This document shows positions 28,218 through 39,500 of a stretch of DNA of 64,000 bases, in pieces. This stretch comes from an uncultured Eubacterium sp. (lineage in GTDB: Bacteria > Bacillota > Clostridia > Lachnospirales > Lachnospiraceae): positions 21,396 to 85,395 of the forward strand of contig CAJUBZ010000009.1 of assembly GCA_910584795.1 (NCBI GenBank). The letters run 5' to 3'. Every line of letters starts with the position of its first letter. Positions within the stretch are counted from its first letter, which is position 1. A program made the translations under genes and the position numbers. Under the pieces are notes generated by a model. That model saw only the letters and a program-made list of their open reading frames with translations, did no database searches and was not told where the DNA came from.

Positions 28218-29084
28218 TTATTTAACAATACTTGCAACACTGTCTGTAATTCTTTTTGCTACATACGGGTCATTCATTGTATAAATATGAACACCATCCA
28301 CGCCACTCGCAACAAGATCTATAATCTGATCTACCGCGTAAGAAATTCCCGCATCACGCATTGCTATCGGATCATCTCCAAATTTTTGAAGTACTTTGGA
28401 TAATTTTGCAGGAATACTTGCCCCACACATAGAAACCATACGCTCTATCTGTTTTTTATTTGTAACAGGCATAATACCTGCCTCAACAGGTACATCAATT
28501 CCTGCAATTCTTACTTTATCAATAAAATCATAATATGCATGATTATCAAAGAACAACTGAGAAATCAAATGTTCTGCACCTGCCTCCACTTTCTTTTTTA
28601 AATTTTTAATATCGGCAATCATACTATCCGCTTCCTGATGCACCTCCGGATAACAAGCCCCCGACACATGAAATCCCATGTTTTTTGACAATATATATTC
28701 TGTCAGATCTGATGCATACCTAAAATCTTTTTCTACTTCAAAATCAGGATTCACATCACCTCTTAGTGCAAGAATATTTTCAACACCTTGTGCCTTTAAC
28801 TGTTCCAATATCTTGTCCACACTCTTTCTTGTATTATATAAACACGATAAATGTGCAATTGTTTCAACGTGATATTCGTTTTTTATTTTTGAACATAAGT
28901 CTATGGTTGTTGCATTTGCCACACCTGAGCCGCCGGCACCATATGTTACACTGATAAAGTCCGGATTTAAATCCTTTAATTCCTCTAACGTTTTATAAAT
29001 TGTTTCTACACCACTTTCTTTTTTCGGCGGAAATACCTCAAAAGAAAACACGGTTTTTTCCTGAAATAAATCTGATATCTTCAT
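28218..29084 (-). CDS. metF: 5,10-methylenetetrahydrofolate reductase
   Basis: SFEVFPPK, SVTYGAGG, LALRGD, SQLFFD, HIYTMN. Confidence 0.95.
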   Translation of the reverse strand: MKISDLFQEKTVFSFEVFPPKKESGVETIYKTLEELKDLNPDFISVTYGAGGSGVANATTIDLCSKIKNEYHVETIAHLSCLYNTRKSVDKILEQLKAQGVENILALRGDVNPDFEVEKDFRYASDLTEYILSKNMGFHVSGACYPEVHQEADSMIADIKNLKKKVEAGAEHLISQLFFDNHAYYDFIDKVRIAGIDVPVEAGIMPVTNKKQIERMVSMCGASIPAKLSKVLQKFGDDPIAMRDAGISYAVDQIIDLVASGVDGVHIYTMNDPYVAKRITDSVASIVK

Positions 29085-29121
29085 TTTTGTCTCTCTCTTC
29101 TTTTTCTATTTTGTACAATCT

Positions 29122-29262
29122 TTAATTTTTGCAAAACAAATTAAAACCTATGATTAAGCTTAAAATAATAATGCAAACTACAAAAAAGGTACTTTCAATC
29201 AACATGGATATAATCATACCCACAGCCATCCAAAACAAAGCAAATCCACATAATCTATGCAT
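29122..29262 (-). CDS. Small 46 aa two-helix membrane protein (not in ORF track)
   Basis: Manual translation MHRLCGFALFWMAVGMIISMLIESTFFVVCIIILSLIIGFNLFCKN*; GGGTG upstream. Confidence 0.6.
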   Translation of the reverse strand: MHRLCGFALFWMAVGMIISMLIESTFFVVCIIILSLIIGFNLFCKN

Positions 29263-29330
29263 ACTACACCCACTTTATCTATAAAGTTATAGTTTATTAT
29301 ATGCAGCATATGCAGTATCTTTCCCCAATA

Positions 29331-29690
29331 TTACGCTTCTGTTTCATTATCTAAGTCATCAAAATCCTCTTCTTTATTTGTAAACTTATTTACAATATCC
29401 GGAACCATATCTATAATTCTGGATATCCCATCATGATCCTTTACACTAATCAATTTTGAAGAGCCATTTTTGATAACCAATACTGCACTTGGAGTAATTT
29501 TCCCACCAACTCCTCCTGTGCCATTTTCTCCTTTTGCAAAAGTTCCTATTCCCATACCAAATGAAACATCTGCCATAGGTAAAATAATTGTTTCACCTAC
29601 GACTACCGGTTCACCAACCACAGATTTTGTAGTAATAAACTGTTCCATTGCTTTTAATAAATCGTCTGTAGTTTTTTTGTTGTCTGCCAT
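29331..29690 (-). CDS. GerW/YtfJ family sporulation protein
   Basis: VVGEPV, IILPMADVSFGMG, GVGGKITPSAVLVI, IIDMVPDIV. Confidence 0.88.
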   Translation of the reverse strand: MADNKKTTDDLLKAMEQFITTKSVVGEPVVVGETIILPMADVSFGMGIGTFAKGENGTGGVGGKITPSAVLVIKNGSSKLISVKDHDGISRIIDMVPDIVNKFTNKEEDFDDLDNETEA

Positions 29691-29707
29691 AATAACGCCT
29701 CCTTGTT

Positions 29708-30625
29708 TTAACTAAACTTTTTTATGATATCATGAATTTCTTTCTTAAAATAGAATTTTAATACATATATGAGAAGAACACCTACAATAAAATGTCCTTT
29801 CATTTTAATATTTCCCGTTATTACATTTTTATTAAAATAAGGTTCTATTGATATTCTTTTCGGATTAATGTGAAATACAGCAAATAACATTGCAATATAT
29901 CCCAGCGCCTTTCCTGTAATATCCGGCTCCTCAAATCCCAACTGAATATCTGCCCTTATTTTTCTAGGAAAAATATGCTTTAGTGCTTTTAAAACAATTT
30001 CTTTTCCATAACGATATGCTTGTTTTGTTGTATTTGCAGTAACAAACTCTTTGAATTCTTTTGCTTTATTATATGTTGCTTTTAAATTGTTTAAAGCATT
30101 TTTCAAAAATGTTACTGTCTTTTGTATCCATTCATGAATTGTTTCAATAAAAGCCTTAATTTTATCTACACAATTTTTCTTATCTTCTAAAATCTTATCG
30201 TGCTTATTATTTTCCTTTTCCTGTTGCTCTTCCTTGTAATTGCTTAGTTCCTGCTGTGTTCGTTCTGATTTCTCTTGTGAAGTATTCTCTTGTGGCTGTT
30301 CCTCCACGTGCGTTACTTTTTTTTTCACGTTACAATCAGAACTCTTATTTTCTCTTGATTCTTTTTTGTTTTTTCCTTTTAATAAATTAATTGGTATTCC
30401 AAAAATTCTAAGTCGTGCTTTATTTTCTTTATTAGTAAATCTCCCTCCGAAATGTATCAAATGAAACAGCCATCCACATTTAACAAAAACCCGATAGCTA
30501 TTTTCATTCAACTGTCCTCTTATCTGATAAGTTACCGGAAAAAACAATATCAACAGGCATAGTGCAAGAATAGCCAATAAAATTATTCCAATTATTTTTA
30601 AAATCATCAATAATATATGTATCAT
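29708..30625 (-). CDS. DUF2953/YtfI-like membrane protein
   Basis: N-terminal TM, GFEEPDITG, IEPYF; adjacent to the ytfJ-like gene. Confidence 0.75.
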   Translation of the reverse strand: MIHILLMILKIIGIILLAILALCLLILFFPVTYQIRGQLNENSYRVFVKCGWLFHLIHFGGRFTNKENKARLRIFGIPINLLKGKNKKESRENKSSDCNVKKKVTHVEEQPQENTSQEKSERTQQELSNYKEEQQEKENNKHDKILEDKKNCVDKIKAFIETIHEWIQKTVTFLKNALNNLKATYNKAKEFKEFVTANTTKQAYRYGKEIVLKALKHIFPRKIRADIQLGFEEPDITGKALGYIAMLFAVFHINPKRISIEPYFNKNVITGNIKMKGHFIVGVLLIYVLKFYFKKEIHDIIKKFS

Positions 30626-30628
30626 AGG

Positions 30629-30946
30629 CTAATCCATCTGCTCCATAATAAAATTTTTTACATTTACACTACCTGTCTGTTCCAGACACTCCATAATAAT
30701 CAAGGTCATCATATCCATCGCCTCTTCTTTCCCTTCGGCAATGCCGATGACTACCATATCTGAATTCCGATACCATTTCTGTATTAGAACATTTGACGGA
30801 TAAATTTCCAAAGTATCATAGTCATTTTGTGGCAGAGTAATCACGTATTTATTAAACATTTGTTTACCATTTTTAATTTTTCTTACAATCTGTCTTTTTT
30901 TATCCAACAGATTATATCCCACATACAAATCCTCATACCAAATCAT
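30629..30946 (-). CDS. Hypothetical protein
   Basis: ORF abutting neighbours in the operon; start moved to ATG 30946. Confidence 0.7.
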   Translation of the reverse strand: MIWYEDLYVGYNLLDKKRQIVRKIKNGKQMFNKYVITLPQNDYDTLEIYPSNVLIQKWYRNSDMVVIGIAEGKEEAMDMMTLIIMECLEQTGSVNVKNFIMEQMD

Positions 30947-30948
30947 TT

Positions 30949-32343
30949 TTATTCCGCCATTATTCCATTGATTAACTCTATACACGCCAGTTTTTCTGCT
31001 TTGTCTGTACAGATAGATAACGTGTTATAAATGTAATCCTGTAATTCACTGATATTATTAAAGAAAATAGGAAGTTCCGATAACACGGCTGACATTACCG
31101 CCCTGTTAATCATCTTATCATTTTCTGCAAACAATGTTCTGTATGCACTTACCAATTTTTCTTTTTGTCCTTCTAAATAAATATCATCAACCACCGCTGT
31201 ATCTTCTGACCTGTCCATCTCCACAAACATACTGTCTGAATTGAGTTTCGGAAGTTTCCATATAATATCATACTGTTCTTTTAAACCAAGGTCATTGATT
31301 TTCTCTGAATAACTGTCTTTTATCTGGTCTGTAATATCAAAAGATGAAAGCATCGGATATAATTTTTCCTGCTCACCCTCTAACATAACAAACATATCTT
31401 CTATTTCCTCTAAAGACTTTGGAGAAAACTTGTCCATAAATAACAGATTAGTGTCCTTTACGATCTCATCACAGGCAATTACAACATTATCTGACTTTTT
31501 ATAAGAATCAGTGTATAGCACCAGTAACAGGTCATTTAAAATTTCCTGTATCATCATGCAACTGTCCATTTCGTCATCAATATAAGTCGTAATATCTGAC
31601 AATTTATCTTTCATCTCATTATAGTCTGCTTCTGACATGTCCTTAAACTTCATATCATTTAATTGTTCAAAAGCCTCTAAAAGATGTGGATAATTCGTTT
31701 CCATGGTATCTGTACTGTCTAACATCGAGCAGGTGCGAATCATATACAAAAAGTCATTTAGACCTTCTCTCGTTCCACCATTATAAATACTCATTCCATT
31801 TGACAGCATCTCAAAGAATTTGTTTTTTGTAAGACGTACCGGAAGCTGTCCGATAACATCTTTGATTTTACTGTTAATCATCATGTTATCTTCATCTTCC
31901 AGAATAAACTGCATCACCTGTCTGGTATAGTTTTCATCACTGTATCCACTTGGATAACTCTCATCTTTAAAACGATACTCGACACGGTTTAATGCATGTT
32001 CATAAATATTATATCTGTCTACAAAACAGGTAATATCTCTTACCTTTCCAATAATCCGGCTGCGAATTTCTTCTAGTTCTGAAATTTCCTCAGACAAATC
32101 GCCGGCATCACACATATATTTTTCAATAGAGTCATTTATTTTATCTACAAACTCCTGATATCCCGGTGTAATCATTCCACCATCCTCGGATGTTACAACA
32201 TAGTAAGTATAATAGTTCATTGCAAGACGTATCATTGCATATTTATTATTTATTTCCATAAATCTGCCATAATATTCCTGCAAACTATAATCTATGTTTT
32301 TATTTTTTAACAAGTCTCCAACAATCTTTTTCATAATGTTCAC
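30949..32343 (-). CDS. Hypothetical acidic helical protein
   Basis: 464 aa ORF tightly packed after lysA. Confidence 0.75.
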   Translation of the reverse strand: MNIMKKIVGDLLKNKNIDYSLQEYYGRFMEINNKYAMIRLAMNYYTYYVVTSEDGGMITPGYQEFVDKINDSIEKYMCDAGDLSEEISELEEIRSRIIGKVRDITCFVDRYNIYEHALNRVEYRFKDESYPSGYSDENYTRQVMQFILEDEDNMMINSKIKDVIGQLPVRLTKNKFFEMLSNGMSIYNGGTREGLNDFLYMIRTCSMLDSTDTMETNYPHLLEAFEQLNDMKFKDMSEADYNEMKDKLSDITTYIDDEMDSCMMIQEILNDLLLVLYTDSYKKSDNVVIACDEIVKDTNLLFMDKFSPKSLEEIEDMFVMLEGEQEKLYPMLSSFDITDQIKDSYSEKINDLGLKEQYDIIWKLPKLNSDSMFVEMDRSEDTAVVDDIYLEGQKEKLVSAYRTLFAENDKMINRAVMSAVLSELPIFFNNISELQDYIYNTLSICTDKAEKLACIELINGIMAE

Positions 32344-32352
32344 GATTCTTTC

Positions 32353-33609
32353 TTAGTCCATAATATCGCAGAAATCAAATGTAGCAAAATAATCCTTCGG
32401 TGTCTCTGCTCTTCGAATCATTTCCACTGTTCCATCTTCTTTCAGAAGTAACTCTGCTGAACGAAGGCGGCCATTATAGTTATATCCCATAGCAAATCCA
32501 TGTGCACCCGCATCATGAATATATATATAATCACCCATATCAATCTTTGGAAGTTTTCTGTCAATAGCAAACTTATCATTATTCTCACACAAACTTCCTA
32601 CCACATCATATGTTTCTGTACATGGTGCATCTTCTTTTCCAAGTACTGTCAGATGATGATATGAACCATACATAGCCGGTCTCATCAGATTTGCCGCGCA
32701 GGCATCTACCCCAATATATTCTTTGTAGATGTGTTTCTCATGAACTGCCTGTGTAACTAATGCACCATATGGTCCCATCATAAATCTTCCCATCTCTGTA
32801 AAGATTGCCACATCACCCATTCCTGCAGGTGTAAGAATTTCTTCATATACCTTTCTGACCCCTTCACCGATTGCCATAATATCATTTGGTGTCTGATCCG
32901 GTGTATATGGAATACCAACACCACCGGAAAGATTAATAAACTTGATATCTGCTCCTGTTTCCTTTTCCAGATTTACTGCCAATTCAAAAATTGTTTTTGC
33001 AAGCATTGGATAATATTCATTTGTTACTGTATTAGATGCTAAAAATGCATGGATTCCAAAGTTCTTAACACCCTTCGCTTTTAAAATCTTAAACGCTTCT
33101 ACAATCTGCTCCGGTGTCATGCCATATTTTGCATCTCCCGGATTATCCATGATACCATTGCAGACTTCAAAAACTCCACCCGGATTATATCTGCAGCTGA
33201 CTGTCTCAGGGATTCCACATTCTTCTTCCATTGCTTCAATCATTGTAATGTCATCCAGATTAATAATTCCACCTAAGTCATTACAATATTTAAATTCGCC
33301 TTTTGGAGTTTCATTAGATGAAAACATAATTTCATCATTTCTGAAACCTAACTTATCTGCAATCATAAGCTCCGTATAAGAAGAACAGTCAACACCACAT
33401 CCTGCTTCTTTTAACTTTTTAATAATAAATGGGTTTGGAGTTGCTTTTACAGCAAAATACTCTTTAAACCCTTTATTCCATGAAAAAGCCTCATTTACCT
33501 TTCTGGCATTATCCATAAATCCTTTTTCATCATAAATATGAAACGGTGTAGGATATTTCTTTACAATCTCCTCAACCTGCTCCTTTGTCACAAATGGTTT
33601 CTTTGTCAT
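32353..33609 (-). CDS. lysA: Diaminopimelate decarboxylase
   Basis: YFAVKATPNP (PLP lysine), INLSGG, GSLCENND, GAHGFAMGYNYN. Confidence 0.93.
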   Translation of the reverse strand: MTKKPFVTKEQVEEIVKKYPTPFHIYDEKGFMDNARKVNEAFSWNKGFKEYFAVKATPNPFIIKKLKEAGCGVDCSSYTELMIADKLGFRNDEIMFSSNETPKGEFKYCNDLGGIINLDDITMIEAMEEECGIPETVSCRYNPGGVFEVCNGIMDNPGDAKYGMTPEQIVEAFKILKAKGVKNFGIHAFLASNTVTNEYYPMLAKTIFELAVNLEKETGADIKFINLSGGVGIPYTPDQTPNDIMAIGEGVRKVYEEILTPAGMGDVAIFTEMGRFMMGPYGALVTQAVHEKHIYKEYIGVDACAANLMRPAMYGSYHHLTVLGKEDAPCTETYDVVGSLCENNDKFAIDRKLPKIDMGDYIYIHDAGAHGFAMGYNYNGRLRSAELLLKEDGTVEMIRRAETPKDYFATFDFCDIMD

Positions 33610-33697
33610 TTTCTCAGTCCTCCTAAATTGTTAATTCTTTTCTATGACTACTTTTGCATATCGTGCATTTTATAGTTTATAAATATTTACTATGTAT

Positions 33698-35191
33698 TTA
33701 TCTTCCATAAATATCACACAAATATCTAAGTTTTTCTATTTCCTCCGGTCCAAACTGCCTCTGTAACATTCTCCAGCGCCAATTTGTTCCCATAGAGGAT
33801 GGAAGATTCATTCTTCCTATATTTCCAACTTTTAAGACATCCTGCATTTGGAAAATCACCAAATCTGCCACGCTGGCATACGATGTCCTAAAAATCTTAT
33901 CAACCAACTCTTCAATAGAGCCATTTCTACATTCCATGTATTCACGAACATATCCTAGTTCCCAATATTGCAGCCCTGTAAAGTATCCCATTAATGTATC
34001 ATTATCATGAGTTCCGCCATATGCCACAGTATTTTGTGTCCAGTAATATGGTAAATGGTCATTCTTTCTGTTGCCATCAAAGGCAAACTCCAAAACTTTC
34101 ATTCCCGGATATCCTGATTTTTGTAACACTTTTACTACTTCCGGCATCTGAACACCTAAATCCTCGGCAATAATTTTTTTATCACCAATAGACTCATTAA
34201 TTACTTCTATTAGTTTCAAACCCGGTCCTTTTTCCCATGCTCCGTTTCTGGCATCTTCATCTTCTGCCGGTATTGCATAATACTTAACCATGCCAATAAA
34301 ATGGTCAATGCGGATTACATCATATAATCTGGCAGAGTGTTCCATCCGCTTTCTCCACCATGAAAAATCTTCTGCTTCTAACTTCTTCCAATCATATAAA
34401 GGATTTCCCCATCTCTGTCCTGTTTCTGAAAATACATCCGGTGGTACACCGGCTACTTTCGTAGGATTTAATTCCTCATCCAACTGAAATAATTCTGTAT
34501 GCTGCCATACATCCGCCGAATCCATTGCAACATATAATGGTATGTCTCCAATAATTTTAATATCCTTTTCATTGGCATAATCTTTTAATTGATTCCATTG
34601 TTCATAAAACTTATACTGAATAAACTGATAAAATTCTATATCATCCTTTAACTCTTCGTTTAATTCCTGCAAAGACTGTTCGTCTCTGCATTTAATTTCT
34701 CTCTCCCAGTCCGTCCATGAAGTTCCTTCGAACTTATTTTTACAGGCACTATAAAGACAATAACCTTCCAGCCAGTATTCATTTTCCTTTAAAAATGTTT
34801 TATACTCCTCTAAGTTCTCATGACTACTGTTTTTAAAAGCAGCCCGCAGTACTTTGAATCTGGAATTATAAATTAATCCATAATCCACATACTGTTCTTC
34901 CATGTTCCACATAAAACGATTCACATAATCTCTTTCAAGCAGTCCCTCTTCCACCAACATGTCTAAATCAATAAAATAAGGATTTCCTGCAAAAGCGGAA
35001 AATGATGCATAAGGACTATCTCCAAAACTGGTAGGGCCCAAAGGAAGAACCTGCCAAAATTTTTGTCTTGCTTTCACCAGATTATCAACAAAATCGTATG
35101 CACTTTTTCCAAAGCTTCCAATACCATAAGGCGATGGCAAACTGCTGACAGGCATCAATATTCCTGCACTTCTATCAAATCTCTGCTGCAT
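33698..35191 (-). CDS. malQ: 4-alpha-glucanotransferase (GH77)
   Basis: WQVLPLGPT, GDIPLYV, RIDHFIG, IIAEDLG, THDNDT; ATG 35191. Confidence 0.94.
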   Translation of the reverse strand: MQQRFDRSAGILMPVSSLPSPYGIGSFGKSAYDFVDNLVKARQKFWQVLPLGPTSFGDSPYASFSAFAGNPYFIDLDMLVEEGLLERDYVNRFMWNMEEQYVDYGLIYNSRFKVLRAAFKNSSHENLEEYKTFLKENEYWLEGYCLYSACKNKFEGTSWTDWEREIKCRDEQSLQELNEELKDDIEFYQFIQYKFYEQWNQLKDYANEKDIKIIGDIPLYVAMDSADVWQHTELFQLDEELNPTKVAGVPPDVFSETGQRWGNPLYDWKKLEAEDFSWWRKRMEHSARLYDVIRIDHFIGMVKYYAIPAEDEDARNGAWEKGPGLKLIEVINESIGDKKIIAEDLGVQMPEVVKVLQKSGYPGMKVLEFAFDGNRKNDHLPYYWTQNTVAYGGTHDNDTLMGYFTGLQYWELGYVREYMECRNGSIEELVDKIFRTSYASVADLVIFQMQDVLKVGNIGRMNLPSSMGTNWRWRMLQRQFGPEEIEKLRYLCDIYGR

Positions 35192-35208
35192 TTTCTGCCT
35201 CCTGATTT

Positions 35209-36135
35209 TTAATGATGTTCGTGAGTAAACAGGTGGTCCTGACAATACTCTTTATTCCCTGAACACTTTGAGCAATATCTAAATGTGAGATTCGGATCAT
35301 CTAACTCTGTCCGCCCACATATAACACATTTATGTCTTGCTCCATTCGCATATGTTTTTGGTTTTGCCTGTCTCACCGACTGCTTATACTCATGCCGCCT
35401 TTTTGCCTGTTTCGGATTGAAACGTGCACGATTTTTTCCAAAAATAATATAAATTAAGAAGTTTAATAATGAAACAAAAATCAAAACTGTAACTGTAATA
35501 CCTACAACAAAACTACCTGTTTTAAATGCTTTAAAAATATCATATATTAAATATGCTCCATACAAATATCCAAACCATTTTATTCTTATCGGAACCAGAA
35601 AATACAACATTAATTGTTCTTCCGGATACGTAACTGCATATGCTAAAAAAATAGACATATTGATATAATAAGTACTGACAAATAAACCGATAAATGTCCC
35701 AAAAAACTGTCCCGGACTGATAATGCCGTAACTCAGCATCTGTGCTGTAATTTCACCAGGCAGTATTCCTGCACTATATAAAATAAGCATGACAACATAT
35801 AAAGCTAATGCCCCTATTATTGTAAATAATAAACCAGAAAACATATATACATTATATTTGTATGTTCCCCATGTATGTTCTAACCCTCTTCCTAACTGAT
35901 AATACAAAATCAGCATAATAATAGTAAATACACCTAATACCTCTGGCGGCATCAGAATCCATGTTATAATCCTCCACACCTGTCCATGAAAAATCATATA
36001 TGGATCAAACATGAGAAGCTGATACATATCCGGACTAAGTATTTGTATAGCATAACCAATGATGTATGCAACTATCAGATATAATGACAAATTCGGTATT
36101 GCATATCTGCCTAATTTTTTTTCAAATTTTGACAT
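35209..36135 (-). CDS. Multi-pass membrane protein (rhomboid-like fold) with C-terminal Cys/His zinc finger
   Basis: GQVWRIITW motif, several TM helices, HKCVICGRT...FRYCSKC...YCQDH. Confidence 0.7.
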   Translation of the reverse strand: MSKFEKKLGRYAIPNLSLYLIVAYIIGYAIQILSPDMYQLLMFDPYMIFHGQVWRIITWILMPPEVLGVFTIIMLILYYQLGRGLEHTWGTYKYNVYMFSGLLFTIIGALALYVVMLILYSAGILPGEITAQMLSYGIISPGQFFGTFIGLFVSTYYINMSIFLAYAVTYPEEQLMLYFLVPIRIKWFGYLYGAYLIYDIFKAFKTGSFVVGITVTVLIFVSLLNFLIYIIFGKNRARFNPKQAKRRHEYKQSVRQAKPKTYANGARHKCVICGRTELDDPNLTFRYCSKCSGNKEYCQDHLFTHEHH

Positions 36136-36406
36136 ATTTTTTACTCCTGTTTTTCCTTTTAGGGTATTGTTCCCCATATATAAATAACCATCTTACAGTA
36201 TAGTTTCTACACCTTAGTTTGTCAAACTACTTTGTCCTTTATTTACGAAAAACAAATCTTATTAATCTTTTATTCATTATCTAAATATACTTTATATAAG
36301 CATAGTTTTTTCTTGGAATTGTCTTTTCAAGATAGTTGAGTTTTCTTCCTATTTATTATATAATAAATAGTCGTTTTTGATATTTTTTGTCAATTAGCGC
36401 AATTTC

Positions 36407-36548
36407 GTGACAGTTCAGCCACCAGCTCGAAAATCCGTAGGATTTTCGAGCTGTGGATGCTCACCATATGAAACAGAATAGATATGACAAATTGCCTGCA
36501 AGCAGTTACTTGTTATATCTGTTTTGTCTCGCATGGCTGAACTGTTAC
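36407..36548 (+). mobile_element. 142 bp MITE-like / structured RNA element, copy C
   Basis: GTGACAGTTCAGCCA / TGGCTGAACTGTTAC ends; colinear with copy A. Confidence 0.8.
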
Positions 36549-36571
36549 CATATTAAGGATAAGGTGAAGAT

Positions 36572-39500
36572 ATGGATAAAAATGATTATTACAGTTTGGG
36601 TATTGATATCGGTTCTACTACCGTGAAAATTGCAATACTTGATAAAGAAAAAAATATTATTTTTTCAGATTACGAAAGACATTACGCAAATATTCAGGAG
36701 ACTTTAGTTTCTTTATTAAAAAAAGCACATGACAAACTGGGATCTATTGTATTGTGTCCTATGATTACAGGTTCCGGCGGTCTTGCACTTTCAGAACATT
36801 TAAAAATTCCATTTGTCCAGGAAGTTGTTGCTGTTTCCACTGCATTGGAAGACTATGCTCCCCAGACAGATGTTGCCATCGAATTAGGTGGAGAAGATGC
36901 AAAAATCATTTACTTTACAAATGGTATTGAACAGAGGATGAATGGTATCTGTGCAGGAGGTACAGGTTCTTTTATCGACCAGATGGCATCTCTTTTACAG
37001 ACAGATGCTTCAGGTTTAAATGAATATGCAAAAAACTATCAGGCAATTTATCCTATTGCAGCGAGATGTGGTGTTTTTGCCAAAACAGATATCCAGCCTT
37101 TGATTAATGAAGGTGCTACCAAAGAAGATTTAGCAGCTTCTATTTTTCAGGCTGTGGTGAATCAAACGATTTCCGGTCTTGCCTGCGGTAAACCAATTCG
37201 AGGTACTGTTGCATTTTTAGGAGGACCCCTTCATTTCTTACCCGAATTAAAAAAAGCATTTATACGAACATTAAAATTAGATGATGAACACATTGTAGCT
37301 CCAAAGCATTCTCACTTATTTGCCGCAACCGGTGCTGCACTAAATCATAAATCCAGCGTTCGTGTAAATATTGTAGATTTATATGAGCAATTATCAAAAG
37401 GTGTTAAGATGTCCATGGAAATCAAACGTCTTGACCCATTATTCCACAATCAGGAAGAATACGACAAGTTTTTAACAAGACATAAAAAAGCTGAAGTAAA
37501 AAAGGGCGACCTTACATCATACAAAGGAAACTGCTTTCTCGGTATTGATTCCGGTTCTACCACCACGAAAGCTGCTTTAATCGCTGAAGACGGCTCTTTA
37601 CTCTACTCATTTTACAGTGGAAATAACGGAAACCCTTTACAGACAATTATTGATGCCTTAAAGGATATTTATAAAAAATTACCGGAGGATACTCATATTG
37701 TACGCTCCTGCTCCACAGGATATGGTGAGGCTTTGATTAAAGAAGCGCTTATGTTAGACGAAGGCGAAGTAGAAACAGTCGCTCACTATTATGCCGCTGC
37801 TTTCTTTGAGCCACAGGTAGATTGTATTCTGGACATAGGCGGACAGGACATGAAATGTATTAAAATCAAAAACAATTCTGTAGACAGCGTTCAGTTAAAT
37901 GAAGCCTGTTCTTCCGGATGTGGTTCTTTTATAGAAACATTCGCAAAATCATTAAATTTTTCTGTACAGGATTTTGCGAAAGAAGCATTATTTGCTTCTA
38001 ACCCTACAGATTTAGGTACGAGATGTACTGTTTTTATGAACTCAAATGTAAAGCAGGCCCAAAAAGAAGGTGCCAGCGTAGCTGATATTTCATCTGGTCT
38101 TGCTTACTCTGTTATTAAAAATGCCTTATACAAGGTTATTAAAATATCCGATGCAAAGGATTTAGGCCGCAAAGTAGTTGTTCAGGGTGGTACATTCTAT
38201 AATGATGCCGTCCTTAGAAGTCTGGAAAAAGTAGCCGAAATACATGCCATCAGACCGGATATTGCCGGTATCATGGGTGCCTTTGGTGCTGCTTTAATTG
38301 CAAAAGAAAGATATCATGGAGTATCCACTACATTGCTTTCTCTAGAGCAATTAGAAGCATTTTCTTATGAAACTTCCATGACAAGATGCAAAGGCTGTAC
38401 CAATGCCTGTCTCCTTACGATTAACAAATTTTCCGATGGGCGTCATTTTATCAGTGGTAACCGATGTGAAAAAGGTATTGGCGGACAAAAAAATAAAGAA
38501 AATATTCCAAACCTTTTTGAATATAAATTACAGAGAATATTTGGCTATAAGCCTTTAGACATAGATAATGCCCCTAGAGGAGTTGTTGGTATTCCAAGAG
38601 TCCTGAATATGTATGAAAATTTTCCTTTCTGGGCTACGTTTTTTAAGGAATTAGGATATCGCGTCATTCTTTCACCGGAATCTTCCCATAAAATTTACGA
38701 GATGGGTATTGAGTCTATTCCGAGCGAATCCGAATGTTACCCTGCCAAACTTGTACACGGACATATTGCATGGCTCATTAAAGAAGGAGTTAAATTTATT
38801 TTTTACCCTTGTATTCCATACGAGCGAAATGAAACTCCTGATGCCAACAACCATTATAATTGTCCAATAGTTACATCATATGCAGAAAATATTAAGAATA
38901 ACGTAGAAGAATTAGAAGATTCTTCGATAAAATTTATGAATCCTTTTATTGCTCTTACCAATGAAGATACAATTACAACACGTCTCGTGGAAGAGTTTTC
39001 AAAAGAATTCGGCATAAAAGAAATTGAAATAAAAAATGCAGCACATCTTGCATGGGAAGAACTTCTTGCCTCACGGACAGACATTGCCCGCAAAGGGGAA
39101 GAAACGCTAAAATATATGGAGCAAAATGGTAAACGTGGTATTGTTCTGGCAGGACGTCCATATCATGTAGACCCTGAAATCAATCATGGTATTCCTGAGC
39201 TGATTAATTCATATGGTCTTGCTGTCTTAACAGAAGACTCTATCTCTCATCTGGCTGAGGTTGAACGTCCATTGATTGTTTCCGACCAGTGGATGTACCA
39301 TTCACGGCTTTATCGTGCTGCCAACTATGTTAAAACGAGAGATGACCTTGATTTAGTACAGCTAAATTCTTTTGGCTGCGGTTTAGATGCCGTTACAACA
39401 GACTGTGTCAGTGACATTCTAACAAAATCAGGAAAAATTTATACAGTTTTAAAAATTGATGAGGTAAATAACTTAGGCGCTGCAAGAATTCGTATCCGTT

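Noticed and set aside
29175..29190. Suspected frameshift in the small ORF at a T run
   Set aside because: The run is six T, which keeps the 46 aa frame intact.
29085..29330. SAM riboswitch or Met T-box upstream of metF
   Set aside because: No S-box or T-box motifs; the space is occupied by a small ORF.
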